A stretch of DNA of 64,000 nt from NCBI GenBank assembly GCA_951406725.2, contig OX597833.1, forward strand, positions 28,768,001 through 28,832,000. The letters are read 5' to 3'. The notes beneath the pieces were generated by a model, which was not told the origin of the DNA, did not search any database, and was given only the letters and a program-made list of their open reading frames with translations. Shown here piece by piece: positions 23,147 to 36,316 of the stretch (within the stretch, counting starts at the first letter, position 1; the number at the start of each line of letters is the position of its first letter). Origin of the DNA: Octopus vulgaris. Lineage: Eukaryota. The translations under genes were made by a program, and so were the position numbers.

Positions 23147-23355
23147 CTATTTATATATATGTTCAACTCTACACAGTTTTTATCTCTCCGTTTTGTTTTC
23201 GTTCTCTCTTAATTTTTTCCTCTTATTCCTTTTTGTCGAAGAGTGTAGGCTCGATACGTAAAAGACTTCTCCATTTTTCCCGAACGTTAAACTAATACAC
23301 TTGCTTATTGTTCCTACACCTATCTTCGTCTTTTTTTTGGGGGGGGGGGAATTTG

Positions 23356-23412
<57 letters not shown>

Positions 23413-23413
<1 letters not shown>

Positions 23414-23717
23414 GTAATGTTAAGATCCAAAGATCAAGGTGTAGGAAGTTAGTAAGCTTCGAGCAGTCCGTAGAAAGTATAAAAAAACAACTTTCAGGAA
23501 CAATAGTGGTTTATTGACGTAGAAGGTTGTGAATTTTTCCGATATTAAAGTTCGATAAGCTGAAGGAAGTTATTTTATAGTTCACGGTTAGCACCTGGGG
23601 TTGTTGTGTATGCGAGTTAACATAGGATCCCTTGATAACAATGTAAACTTCATTTGATTAAGGTATCTATCTACATATGTAGTCCGGATTTTACCTGCTC
23701 CATTCCCTAAATTTGCA
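23413..23717 (-). mobile_element. Probable solo LTR inserted in (TA)n
   Basis: TGTAA...TTTGCA ends. The minus strand has TATAAAA (~23575) upstream of AATAAA (~23510). Confidence 0.45.
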
Positions 23718-23734
23718 TATATATATCTTCTGCA

Positions 23735-23817
<83 letters not shown>

Positions 23818-23818
<1 letters not shown>

Positions 23819-24050
23819 CAACAGACATAATAGAGCTGCATAATATATTCATTGGATAAATTGCAAAAGCCTGGACTTGCCCCATGATAAAAACTATTGG
23901 GAACACAAACCACCTCCAGTGCTTGAAAATGACCACATCTCACTCCTCTGGAACTTCGCCATTCAAACTGACAGAAAGATAGATGCGAATAGGCCAGACA
24001 TCGTAGTAAAAGACTTCAGACAAAAAACATGCCTCCTCATTGATATGACT
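23818..24050 (+). mobile_element. R4/Dong-type RLE fragment following (TAA)n
   Basis: YIHWINCKSLDLPHDKNYWEHKPPPVLEN...LLWNFAIQTDRKIDANRPDIVVKD...CLLIDM. Same family as 6290-7568. Confidence 0.85.
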
Positions 24051-27000
24051 CTCTCAGATGAGAATTCATTTCCGTTGCAGATTTGCATGATTTGTAGCAT
24101 AGGTGTCAGATGAAAGTTGTGACTTACTGTGCACTTCCAGCTGGTTAGGTCTGCATCCGTTACTTCTTCTCCATAGCCATAGAACTTTTCAATAGACGGA
24201 ATGCCGAATAAGATCATCATAAAGAAACATCTGTACGTCATGAAAATGATAAGCGTTTGTACACCACGAGTACCACTCTCTGAATTTCCGTGATTAGACA
24301 CTAGTGACAAGTTGAAGTGAAATGACCAATAATCATGTGAAAACATAGGTTTTACATTATAGTGTCCCTTTTCTAGAAGGGTGCTCTGACAACAGCTAAG
24401 GGTCCCTCACTCTTGGTGATTTTACTGCGTGCCCTGACACCAACCAATGTCATTTCTACGTTCTCGCACACTCATACAGAGTATCATCACATGCGCTAGT
24501 TAACCCATAACTGGTGCTACTACTCTGGGTCAGAGTAGACCTGGGAACTAGACCCCCCTCTACCTGGTACTGTTTAAAGTCATACTTTTATATCCTAACA
24601 CAGGTTGGATATATAAATTAACGAAACGGAGGTTAATCAATGTGTTCACACGATGTACTTCGTAAGACTACCAAGCGCTCTCTATTTCATTTTATTTGGC
24701 CATTGTAGGCCCTATACAGAGAGGACGAACAAGGACAGACAATACAGTACAAGTGGGGGCATAAAACATAAACTAATGAATAAAATGGATTTATATAATG
24801 AATGAAGGTGTAATGGCTACTCGAACCCCCACTTTCGAGTAGTACCATTTTAACTATATTTTCTCCTCTTCTTTATACTAACGTTTGTGAAACTGATTCA
24901 TCTTAATATATAAAATATGGTGTCAATTGTTCAAATTCTATCACAGGTGATAGATAATCATATCTTACTTCCCGACCTAGTGGGTTCACATCATCGCCAA
25001 AGCTTGCCGTTAATTTTTTGTAATTGTTTATGTATATTAATATACATTCCATGCCTGGTATGCGTAAATCGTCCTTCTCTATAATTCTTATTACCGTCTT
25101 GATTTTTGCAATTTTTCCTCAATGGCCGAGTTCGAACAGTAGTGCGTTAGATACGCCTTATGTTTATAACTGGCCTGTAATGCTTGTGTGCCTATTTGTG
25201 TGTATTTAACTGGAGATTCTGGGCTGTCTGTGTGTACTTGACTGGGGATGCTAGTCTGTCTGTGTGTGATGGCGATTCTGGGTTGTCTAGGATATTCTTG
25301 TATTTTTACCGTAACGGAATATATTGTGTGGGTGCTTGTATGTTACTTACATCCTTCTTTTTTTTTTTTTAGTTCTTCGGGGGTGGGGAGTTTTTAAAGT
25401 CCTTCCTCTTATTATTTTGTACTTCCTGGAATCCTTCATCTCCGCTTTCTACATCTGATTCTTCTGTATTTTCCTTTAATTCCTCATCTCTGTTATTTTC
25501 TTCTTGTTTCTCCTCTACCGGTGTCTGGCTGTTAAGAAGGAGACAATTAACAAGAGCAATAAGAGCAAGCCACTAGCAACAATACCACCACCACCACCAC
25601 CACCACCACAACTATCAATGCAGTAACTTTTGAATAATCAATTGGCAGTAACAATAATAGTACCAGCATGATAGTAATGTTTGTAGCTACATATGTTGTA
25701 TGTCAACACAATTGTGCACTTCAGCTCTTTAACTAATGGTAATCATGCAGTATTTCCTTCCAACTAGCTCCTTCGCCTTTTGATCTTCTCGTTTCCATTT
25801 TTACATCTATAACAATACGACAATAATGTCTGGCGCTCACAAAACAGTTCTTTCCTTATGCTATTGTTTTACTATATATTTATTGAGCCTAATTGTTGAC
25901 CATCACTGATTTTAGATTTGCCTACAGTTCAAGATGTCTGGGAAAGTCATCAAGTGGAACTGAAGGTGGTATTGCGAAAAGGATCCGTAAAAGATTATAC
26001 TGTATATTAAGCTTGATCTTTTATAAAGGCTTGAAGCGGGAGAAACACAATTAATCACACTGTCAAAACAATCCTTGCAACGTCTACATTAGGAACAATG
26101 AGTCACTGTAGAGAGGAATTTAAGTCAATTACTCAAGAAGTTACTCTTTATGAAATTTCGTAGGGCGACTAGCTGTAACACAGTTTAGCACGACAACAAA
26201 AGGGTTTGTTTCCTTTGGAGTAAAACAGGTATGAGTCAAGAGATGTAGAGAAAATGACAGTTATGATGGTGTAATAGTTGAGCTGGACTGTTAGTGCAAG
26301 ATACAAACAGAAACATTGTCAGTTTGTCAAAACACTGTTTATTTTTCTCCTCCAGTCTTTCTTTAACCTCTCTCTTTCTGTCTCTCACACACACGAACAC
26401 ATTTTTACTCACCTCTCATAATACACACACTCATGCGCGTACACACATACAAATATGCACACATTTAATAAATGAATGGCAAAAAGCATTCGTCAGTCGT
26501 AGGCTAATTAATCTGATTACGTAACTCTTGTTCTTTTGCCATTAATCTATCAATATTAAGTTCTATACTTCTGATTCATATAAGAGTTCGAAACTGAGAA
26601 AGTTTACATAATTACACACACGCACTCGCACGCACGCGCGCGCGCACACACACAATTTAATACGAATAGATGGACAGCCTTTATTATACATCACTACAAT
26701 GGTTTCAACGCATCATCATCAATTGTTGGTTGTTGAATGTTACACGTATTATACGCAATATTGTATTAATATGATTTAACAATAACTGTATACATGCGCA
26801 TCCAAGGGTGACTAGAGTCAAAGCACTGACGTACTATCTTTAGTTTCTCCACGTTTTATTTATCTACACCAAAATGTTATTTTTAGTATTCTTCTGACAA
26901 AGAAGAACAAGGAAATACAAAGAGATACAAATGAGAAAAACAACAAAAATAAATTAAGGCAAATGAATTATAAAGAATAAAGAAATTACATATTCATTCG

Positions 27001-27269
27001 ATCTTTAACTACAGACTTGTCTGGAATTTTAGTAAAATATAACTTAGATAACTTAGATATGTTTCAGCCAAAGACTAGCCCAAGCCATGTCTAATTTAAT
27101 AGCAGAACCTGATAGGATAATTCTCTTGAGGAAGAGGGAATCTAATATAGCTGTAAATAATAGCGTGTTAGTATTGGGTAAAACACAGATAGAAAAAGTA
27201 GGAAAGCTCCATGAACATCCTTCGACATTTTGCACCCAAAAGGTTTTTATCCCAATTATATTATATATA

Positions 27270-30200
27270 TGATTTGATTTTGATTTTGATTTTTCTAGTT
27301 TCAGCTAATGAGCTGTGGCCATGCTGGGGCACCGCCATTTGGTTTGCTACACGATTTTACCTCACGGATGCTTTTTAGCAAACGCCATCTGATGCATGAG
27401 AGAGTTCGATGCAGCTGCCCTCATCTGCACCTCCTGCCGTGAAGTTGGTTCATCCGGGACACCTGACAGGAAGAGATCCAGTCCTACTTTAAAGACATCC
27501 GCATCCACACCATGCAGGTCCCTCAGGTTCTTTGGGAGGTTATTGAAGAGCTGTGGGCCTCTGAAGCCCAGGTTATCACAGTATCTTGTCCTACATCTTG
27601 ATGGCAAATTTGGAGTCCTTGGTACTACGCAGTGGCGTCCGGTTCTGGCATTTGTGTGACTCTCGATGCCAAAGTCTGGGACAAGTCCTTCCAGGATCTT
27701 CCAGATATATATTATGGCATATCTTTCTCGCCTACGCTCCAGGGAATAGAGCTTTAATCTCTTGAGTCTTTCCCAGTAGCTCATATGTTGCACAGAGGCT
27801 ATCTTCTTCGTGTAGCTTCGTTGGATCGCCTCAAGTTCTGTGATCAACTTGACACTGGATGGTGACCATAGCTGAGAGCAATAGTCAAAGTGGCTTAGGA
27901 TAAGTGTCTTCCAGAGGACCATCATGGTTTTTTGTTCTCTTGTTCTAAAGGTTCTAAGAATCCATCCAGCAAGCCGTCTACATTTCATTGCCAGTTTAGC
28001 AACATGTACATGAAAGGTCGCGTCATCACTCATGTGAATACCCAGGTCACGCACTGATTGTGCCTCTGGGATTGCAATCCCTCCGGGTCCAGTGTATTCA
28101 TTGGGTATTGCATTCAGTTTTGCATGCTGATAGTATAAAGCTTGAAACTTTTCAGCATTGAACTGCATGCTATTCTTTTCAGCCCACTTCTATATTTCGT
28201 CCAGCTCACATTGCAGGTGCTTAGTGTCTTCAGGGTTCTGTATTGCCTGTGAAACTTTTGTATCATCTGCATAACTTGTGATCGTGGCTCTCTGCGTGGC
28301 TGAGGGCATGTCTGAGAGGGCCATTATGAACATTAGTGGTCCCAAAACAGTGCCCTGCGGAACACCGCTCACTATTTGCGTGCTACCACCTGACTTCTAT
28401 TCTTCAGAAGGTCATGAAGCCATTCTCCCAATTTTCCAACTATGCCAAGATCACGCAGTTTGTGACATATCATTCCATGATCGACTTTATCCAAGGCCTT
28501 TGCAAAGTCGAGATATATGACTTCCACTTTTGAGTGGTTGAGCAGTTGTTTCAGCACCCAGTCATAGTGTTGTAGGAGCTGAGTTAAGCAGCTTCTTCCT
28601 GGTCGGAAACCATGTTGGGTGTCAGGCAGCAAGTCATTTTCTTCAAGGAAGGTGATTAGTTTCCTTCTGACTATTCGTTCCATGACCTTGCTGATGTGTG
28701 AGGTGAGAGAGATAGGTCTGTAGTTCTTGGCCTCTGCTCTGCTACCTCCTTTATGAATAGGGCATATTTTACCTTCCTTCAGTTTTTTTGGAAGTTTGCC
28801 AGCTGCAAGGAAGCTCTGAAAGAGGATCTGCAGTGGTCTTGCTAGGACTCTCTTACATACTTTTAGGAGGATTGCCGGGAATCGATCGGGGCCAATAGCT
28901 GAGTCTGTTTTCATTTCATCTATGGCCTTTATTACATCGTCTTCCTTTATATCGATGTAATTTATCGTCGCCGCCTCTGATTTTATATCTGCAGTGGTAA
29001 AGAAGTAAGTTGGATTGCTGATTTGGAAATGCCCGAGGGGTGGAGTGAAAACACTCTTGAATTGCTCATTCAGTATTTCACTTACCCTCATTGGTTTTCC
29101 TGTAAGTGTGCCATCCTTTTCAAGGAGTGGCCCTATCCTACAGTGCACTGTAGCTGTTTCTTTGGCATACCTGTAGAAAGCTCTGGGGTTAGATTTTATG
29201 TTGTCTATAGCCCAGGCTTCTTTGTCTGCTCTTTCCTTTTCATGGGAGAGTTGCAGACATTTTTCAATTTCCAGCAGTTTTATTTTCAGGCGGGACTTTT
29301 CACTGCTTTCAATTTGTTTGTTTAGGCGATTTGAAATTTTTGTACGCCGTCTCATTAAAATTTTCCTCTCTCTGGGGATTTTGTTCTTGTGTACAGTGGC
29401 CTTTCTCTCTGGGACACATTTGTAGCATATGGCTTGCGTTACAGAGATGAGTTGTTGAAGTTTCACGTCGATGTCTGGCGAGGAGAGACATTTAGGCCAG
29501 TTTTGTTTGAGGATCTCTTTCTCAATTTGTTTCCAGTTTGCCTTATGGTAGTTCAAGCTGGAAAGATTCTGAGGGTTTCTTGTAGGCTGCATGTCCGTGC
29601 TCTCTTTTGGCCCGTGCATGGTCAGCTCTACCATGTTGTGATCCGAGAGTAGTGTCGGTGTCACTTTCACATTATGGATGAGATCCATATTATTTGTGAA
29701 GCAGAGATCCAGTATGTTACCTGCCCTAGTTGGTTGGAGTATTACTTGCTCCATGTACAGGGTGTTGATGAGGTTCAGGAGGGACCTCGCCTGTCCTCGT
29801 TCACATCTTGTCATTCCTGGGAGAGAAAGGCCCTCAGGCCATCTGACATTGGGTAGATTGAAGTCTCCCATGAGAAGTACACTTATGTGTTGTTCTAATG
29901 TGATTAGAACTTCTATTTTTATAAGGCAGTCTTCGAACTTACCTACATGGCTTGGGGCATCTGGAGGGCGATATGTAGCACACACAACTACATCAAGTTG
30001 CCTTATGTGTACAATTAGTGTGTCACACACCGAGTTTGAGTATGACAAGAGGACCTGGGGTGTGAGGTCCTCACGGATGTACATAGCAACTCCTCCATGA
30101 CTCCTTTCTTTTCTGACGGTCCGTAGTACAACATACTGTGGTATGTGTAATTCCGCATCTGCTATGTCCGGTTTCAGGTGCGTTTCCGTGAGTGCTATGC

Positions 30201-30565
30201 ATAAGGCTTGATTGCATGCGACAAAGTCTCTCAAGAACGGGATTTTTGTCCTGTTACTGAGTGTTTGCAGTCCTCTGATGTTCAGTAGGAGCATCGAGGT
30301 GAGGTGTATGTTGTTGCCGGCGGTGTCCATCTTGGGTCTGTTTGCTGTGGTGGTCTTGTATATTGTGGGTAGTCCCACCTGCGAGCTTGGGTTTGATGAA
30401 GCCAGGTCAGCTGCTGTACAATCTTTTGTGCCATGCACAAAAAAGATTCTTGCTCAGCAGCTGCCCTTTCAACAACATCATGTTGGCGGTTTGTGGCACG
30501 CACCACATCTGCGTACCTCCGTTTTGGGGCAGGTGGTGCGTGGTCCATCCCTTATGTATTTTATA
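27270..30565 (-). mobile_element. CR1/L2-group LINE with near-complete ORF2 (APE endonuclease plus RT), disrupted
   Basis: APE motifs LNIRGL, LTETHL, YRPP, MGDFN, LDLCF, SDH. RT motifs NYRPISLTS, QHGFRPGRSC, LDFAKALDKV, GVPQGTVLGP, YADDTK. A deletion/frameshift near 28375 and a stop at 28190. The 3' tail is (AAATC)n-like. Confidence 0.95.
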
Positions 30566-31949
30566 TAGGCATTAGATTTGACAGAATAATCTGAATGCTA
30601 AAAGGTTAAACTTCTAAACTGCTCAGTGGAGCTACCCGTACCAATACTGAGAGATCATGAAATCGGTTAAACCACCGCAAGTTCAATCTCAGCAAATTTC
30701 AGATTTAAAATTATACAGCCACAACAAACATGGAAAGCAGAAGTGAAATAAGACGTTGAGTCTCTCAACGATACTGGGAGTGGGGGGGGGGCATTGTTGG
30801 TATCCAAACTAAAATTGCAATTTCTCACAAAGTTATGAAGCTACTCAGCCGTAATGAAGAAAATAGACGACACCATTAGAAACAACTTTTTCGATAATTT
30901 ATTAATATAAATCAATGAGAAGGAAAATGATCAAACAGATGGCGGTGTTTAATCCTTTTGATACCAAATCGCTCGAGACCAAACTTTGTTCTGTTATACA
31001 AAAACCTCTCATTTTAAAGTGTTCATATTTAAATTAAAATCTTCCATTATAATTTTAATACCATCTTATTAAGTTATATCCCAAACACAGTTTAACGACA
31101 AAATTAAATATTTTACTAAATCTCTCTGAAATTAATTGAAACACACTGATGGTGTATTTCTTTAGAAATATGGCCACGAATGAGATATCTAAAATAGGAC
31201 AGATTTCCTGATAATATTGAAGGCAAAAATGTAGCTAAAAGAGGGGGGAAAGTAGACAGTAATGTGTAGTAGAGAGAATAACCACAACTGGGACAATAGC
31301 AGAACTGTTAAGTAGATCGCTGAATGAGATAGGCTACATTATTTAGTTACGTTTCTTTACGTTTTGAGTTCAAATGCATCTTGGGAAGACTTTATAATTC
31401 CCCCTTCCTTGGTTGAAGCTATGTATCACTCAAATACTTGATCAGAATAGTCGATTATACCTTTACTCCAAACGAGCCTTCTGACTGTGTCCGAAATCAA
31501 TATTGCTTTTAAAGAGTTGTTAGGAAGGAAAATAAGATTCAAACGACAGCGTAAAACAGAGAGCATATCTACATTTGGAGTCGATTATCTCGCAACTGAT
31601 GTTATAAACGTACACGTGCATATAGCACAAAGAAAACAACAACAAAAACAAAAAAAAAGGAACTAGTGCAGTTAAAGGGAGACAAAGGAAAGTTAGCATG
31701 GCAGAGTTTGCCGCCATAATATAGAGCTAGATTTTCTGACGAATATCCAACATTGAGATTAATTAATGTGGTGACACACTTCAACAGGGAACCATATCAA
31801 ATTTGCTATAATTACTTTCTATACTTAGCCAGTTTTTCATTACTATTACTTTAATGATGATGGTGGTGATTATGGTTTTCTTTTTTGATAATTGCTATAT
31901 GTAAATGTCGACATGATAGAGTTCCTAAATGTAAACAGCCTGAGGACGC

Positions 31950-32620
31950 TAACTGGATAGACAGACGCTGCGCAAACGAGATAGACAATATGTAGATACA
32001 GACTTCATAGAGAGACAGTGTATAGATTTTGACTGAATAGACAGACATGGTTGGTCGATGTTGACGAGATAGATAGACGTAGTGTGTAGATGTTGATAAA
32101 GCAGATACTGTGAGTAGGTGTTGGCTGTGTAGATAGATATTGATTTCAAATTTTAGCACAAGGCCAACAGTTTCGGGGTAGGGGCTGAGTCGATTAAATT
32201 GACCCCTGTGCTCAACTGGTACCTATTTTATCAACTCGGAAGGGTGAAAGACAAAGTTGACCCCGGTGGCATTTGAACCCAGAACGAAAAAACGGACGAA
32301 CTGCCGCTAATTATTTTGCAAGGTGTGCTAACGATTCTGCCAGTTCGCCGCCTAATTGGCTGCATAGATACAGTCTAGTCAGATAGACACAGTGGATAGA
32401 TGTTGACTGAATAGCTAGGTTGAGTGGATAGATTTTGACTGGATGAATGGGTAATGTGTAGATCAGGCATGAACATCTTTTTCGAAAAACGGATCGCATG
32501 GAATATGACGTATCACCAGGCGGGTCACACTGCTAAAAAATTCAAGGGAATTTTTTATTCAGGCGTACCATTAAGAAAGTCTCATATATTGTATAGATTT
32601 TGACCAAATAGATCAGTGGT
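31950..32620 (+). repeat. Second array of the GTGTAGATGTTGA minisatellite, interrupted by a family B SINE (32150-32353, minus) and hAT MITE ends (32464, 32614)
   Basis: Same unit as 840-1700. Confidence 0.7.
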
Positions 32621-33135
32621 TCCCAACGGGGTCCATACGGGGATCTGTTCAATTTGGTCCACAGATTTTTTGATTATTTTTTTTAACTAAACAGTTTGAA
32701 ACTTCGTATACTGGTGTAATTTCTCATGCAGAACACCGTTTACTTTGAACATTTTTGACAAAATTTCGTATTTTAGAAATTATTTCGTGTTAAAGTTGAC
32801 GTGTTTGGGTAATTTTAATCAATCAACGACATAGTGTAGATATTGATCGTGTACGTAGACACAAGTAGAATGAGAACTCCGTCAATGTTGCTGATGCTGA
32901 TCACGACAATAACGAAGAGAATGAGGAGGATACGATGAAGCGGAAGAGGATGATGACGGAGGATGAAGCATCTCACCTCCATATCTACGACGAACATTTC
33001 GGTTCTGCCTTTATTATTTAGTGTGTCTGAAAATTCCACAAGGTACAATAACGTACACTCGTGCAGAGAAAGAGAGTAGCAGACAGACAGACAGACAGAC
33101 AGAAAGAGAAATGAGGACGGGAGAGAGAGAGAGAG

Positions 33136-33166
<31 letters not shown>

Positions 33167-33169
33167 GCT

Positions 33170-33325
33170 CATGCATGGCAATGTCATTAAAAAGTTCGCT
33201 TCGAAACCACATACTTTCAGGTTCGGTCCCACTGCGCTGAACATTGGACAAGTCATCTATTACAGCTCCAGACAAACTAATGGCTTGTGAGTAGATTTGG
33301 TAGTTGGAAATTGTGTAGAGGTCAG
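33170..33325 (+). mobile_element. Old SINE family A 5' half
   Basis: AACCACAT...GGTTCGGTCCCACTGCG...TTGTGAGTAGATTTGGTAG matches the family A head. Confidence 0.65.
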
Positions 33326-33389
33326 TCATACATACATACATACATACATACATACATACATACATACATACATACATACATACATACAT

Positions 33390-33802
33390 GGTGGCTGCCC
33401 CCTCGTTATCGAGTATGGCCATTGCACGAAGCGTAATCAATGTTGTTATCGTGCAATGCCTGTGCATGAAGATTGTTTTTTAAGTGAGGAAAGGCAACAG
33501 CAGCCATAATCCGAAAAGAAGAACAAGTCAACATCATCGGTAACCACTGAGCCGCAGGTTTTATGTCGGAGTTATCCCAGTTACCTGAGTTACCTTCTCC
33601 TAGAAGGATGCCCTAACAAAGGCTAGGAGTCCTTCACTCCCAATGGTTTAACTGCACGATCGGGTATTCAGTCCGATTATTTCTATGTCCCTTAAGACAT
33701 TTATTGGATGGCCGTTGACTCTCAAGAGTTCCTCCGCCCTTTGACGGGTTTTGTTTTTCATCCCGCAGGGTGTCCAATAAACACCCTCCTCACCAAGCAA
33801 GC
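33390..33802 (-). mobile_element. Non-coding repeat inserted in (TACA)n, possibly an RTE-derived non-autonomous element
   Basis: GC-richer, structured block between two (CATA)n tracts. The motif GTTAGGGCATCCTTCTAGGAGAAGG resembles RTE 5' UTRs from recollection only. Confidence 0.4.
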
Positions 33803-33887
33803 ATACATACATACATACATACATACATACATACATACATACATACATACATACACACATACATACATACATACATACATACATACA

Positions 33888-33918
<31 letters not shown>

Positions 33919-34857
33919 GCGCGCGCGTGTGTATTTTTCACCGCTCGACGACCGGTGTTGGTTTGTCTACGTCTTCGTAACTTAAGCTCTTTGGCAAAAT
34001 CAAAGTGATGTTAAAGTGATTTCAGCTGAGAGGTTTTCTCTCTTGTTCTTAGCATGTTATTACCAATTCTTTGTGGAAAATGTACAAATCATAAAAGAGA
34101 GCAACAGCCAGCATTTAACTCTTTCTCCAAATATTTGATATTTGAATGTAAGCTTTGAAAAATAGCATTCAAATCTTCTCTTTCACTGAACAATTTAAGT
34201 GAATGAATAAAGTACAGTTTGCATGGTACTACTTATGTTAACTGGTACCATTGTCTAGAAGCATTTCTATTGTCTACCATATCACATCTAAGATAATAAA
34301 AACTTATGACAATAGGGAGTTGATCCCCGGACATGGTATAGGCGATTCTGGATTTTTAGCCATCGACAATGATTACTTTGTTTTTTTAGTCCATTGATAT
34401 TTTTTAAACGTAGCTTCAAATATGTTTGTTATATTTGAGTTGCCAACAAGTTATATATTGATAAAATCATCAACAAAGAGAGATCTACGGGACAGCCCTC
34501 ACCAGACAGCGTAGCCATTTCCTTCTTGCAGAAATAAATTATAAAATCCATCATAAAACTTCAGACATAGTGAGTGTACGTCTATATTTTGAGAGAGCAG
34601 TGTGTGATCAGAGGTTATTTGGCTATTGTTTCTTGCAAGTCGTTCAATGACTTCATTGGCTCGATATGGCTGGATGTTTTACCTATGGATATGTGCGTAT
34701 ATATTTGTTTATGCGTATGGCTGTACTATGTTTATTATGTAAAAATGGGTATGCATGTATATATGTGTGTACGTGTATATGTGTGTTTGTGTGCATGAAT
34801 ATGCATGCATATATCAGTATATGTGTCTACTTGTGTGTGCATACATACATACATACA

Positions 34858-34889
<32 letters not shown>

Positions 34890-35241
34890 CATACATATAC
34901 ATGCACACACAAATACAAACACACACACACACACACACACACACATGATGTTTCAATGAATCTTGTTCAGTCTAATATATCTCACCCTCAACCTGAACAA
35001 CTCTTCCTCACTCCTACCCACTTATCATAAATAATGTCGTTCTCTCTCTCCTTCTCCTTCCACCCCTCTCTCTCTCTCTGTTAAGTATTCTCCCTTTATC
35101 ATTTCTCTCATACTCAAATACTGTCTACTTCACTCTCTTAGTCTTTCTTTCTGAACTAATAAATATTACTTAGAAGAAATGAAACGTTTTCTTTTATCTC
35201 ACAGTCTTTCCATTTCTCCATCTTTCTTTCTTACCCCTCTT

Positions 35242-35278
<37 letters not shown>

Positions 35279-35579
35279 TTTGTCTTACTTTCTCTCTCCA
35301 ACTCTTGTCGATTTTACTCTCTTGTCCTATCTCCATTTCTTACTTTCTCATTCTCCTCTTTCCCTCTCTCTCAGGCGACTTGCTGTTATTTCAAGCGGAG
35401 TATAAGATTTACCTCCCTTGACTCTCCTTCAATGACCTCACCGAGTTGCTGACCTCATTCCTACAGACCAACTAAAACTGTCCGCATCCAACCATTCAAC
35501 TGTTGGTAAGCTCATTACAGACTTTGCTTACATCTTCTTGCATCTCTTTACCCCCTCCTCTTGCTCACACTCCAAACTC

Positions 35580-35950
35580 TTTACCACTACAACCATCGCC
35601 ACCGTCGCCACCACCTTCCTTACCATCATTGTTGTCGTAATTGTTTTTGTTATGATTATTAACATCATCATCATCCAGTTTCACCTCAATCCCAACGGAT
35701 CGATCTTTCGATTTTGCTACCACCACCACCACCACCACCACCACCACCGTCGCCGCCGTCGCCGCTGCGGCCATCACCATCACCACCACCGCCGCTGACA
35801 CCACCACCGCTGACACCCCACCCCACCACTGTTACTATCATGGTAGCCACCACTGTATCTACGATCATCACCACCACCACCTCCAAATCTACCACTACAA
35901 CTACCACCTTCGCCACCATCACCACCACTATGCTGGTACCTCTATCACCA
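35580..35950. repeat. Degenerate (CAC/CAT/CGC)n repeat
   Basis: Visible directly. The poly-P/H/T ORFs are artefacts. Confidence 0.85.
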
Positions 35951-36285
35951 TATTCAATGAAAGTCAGCACTCACTAATAATCATCCCATTATTTTCATTG
36001 AAGAAATTGTTGCTTCGAAATCGATTTTCTATTCATTCTTAATATTAATCCATTAATCCGTTAATCTGTTCTATCCAGTATTTTTTAATTATTTGAATTG
36101 TTGCTATAAAGAAGGAATTTTAAAACAAAGAAGCACATCTTCATCGCTAGAATTTAGATTAAAATGATGAAGGGCTCAATGTGGAACTTTAGAAGTGTCT
36201 TCTATATCATTATTGTTCCATTTGCTAACATTTGTGAAAAGCGTGTTAGCTGGTTACTTTCTTAACCCGAAAAACCTGCCGAATG

Positions 36286-36316
<31 letters not shown>

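Noticed and set aside
32865-33020. Acidic peptide ENENSVNVADADHDNNEENEEDTMKRK as an exon
   Set aside because: Degenerate GAN trinucleotide tract with no convincing splice sites.
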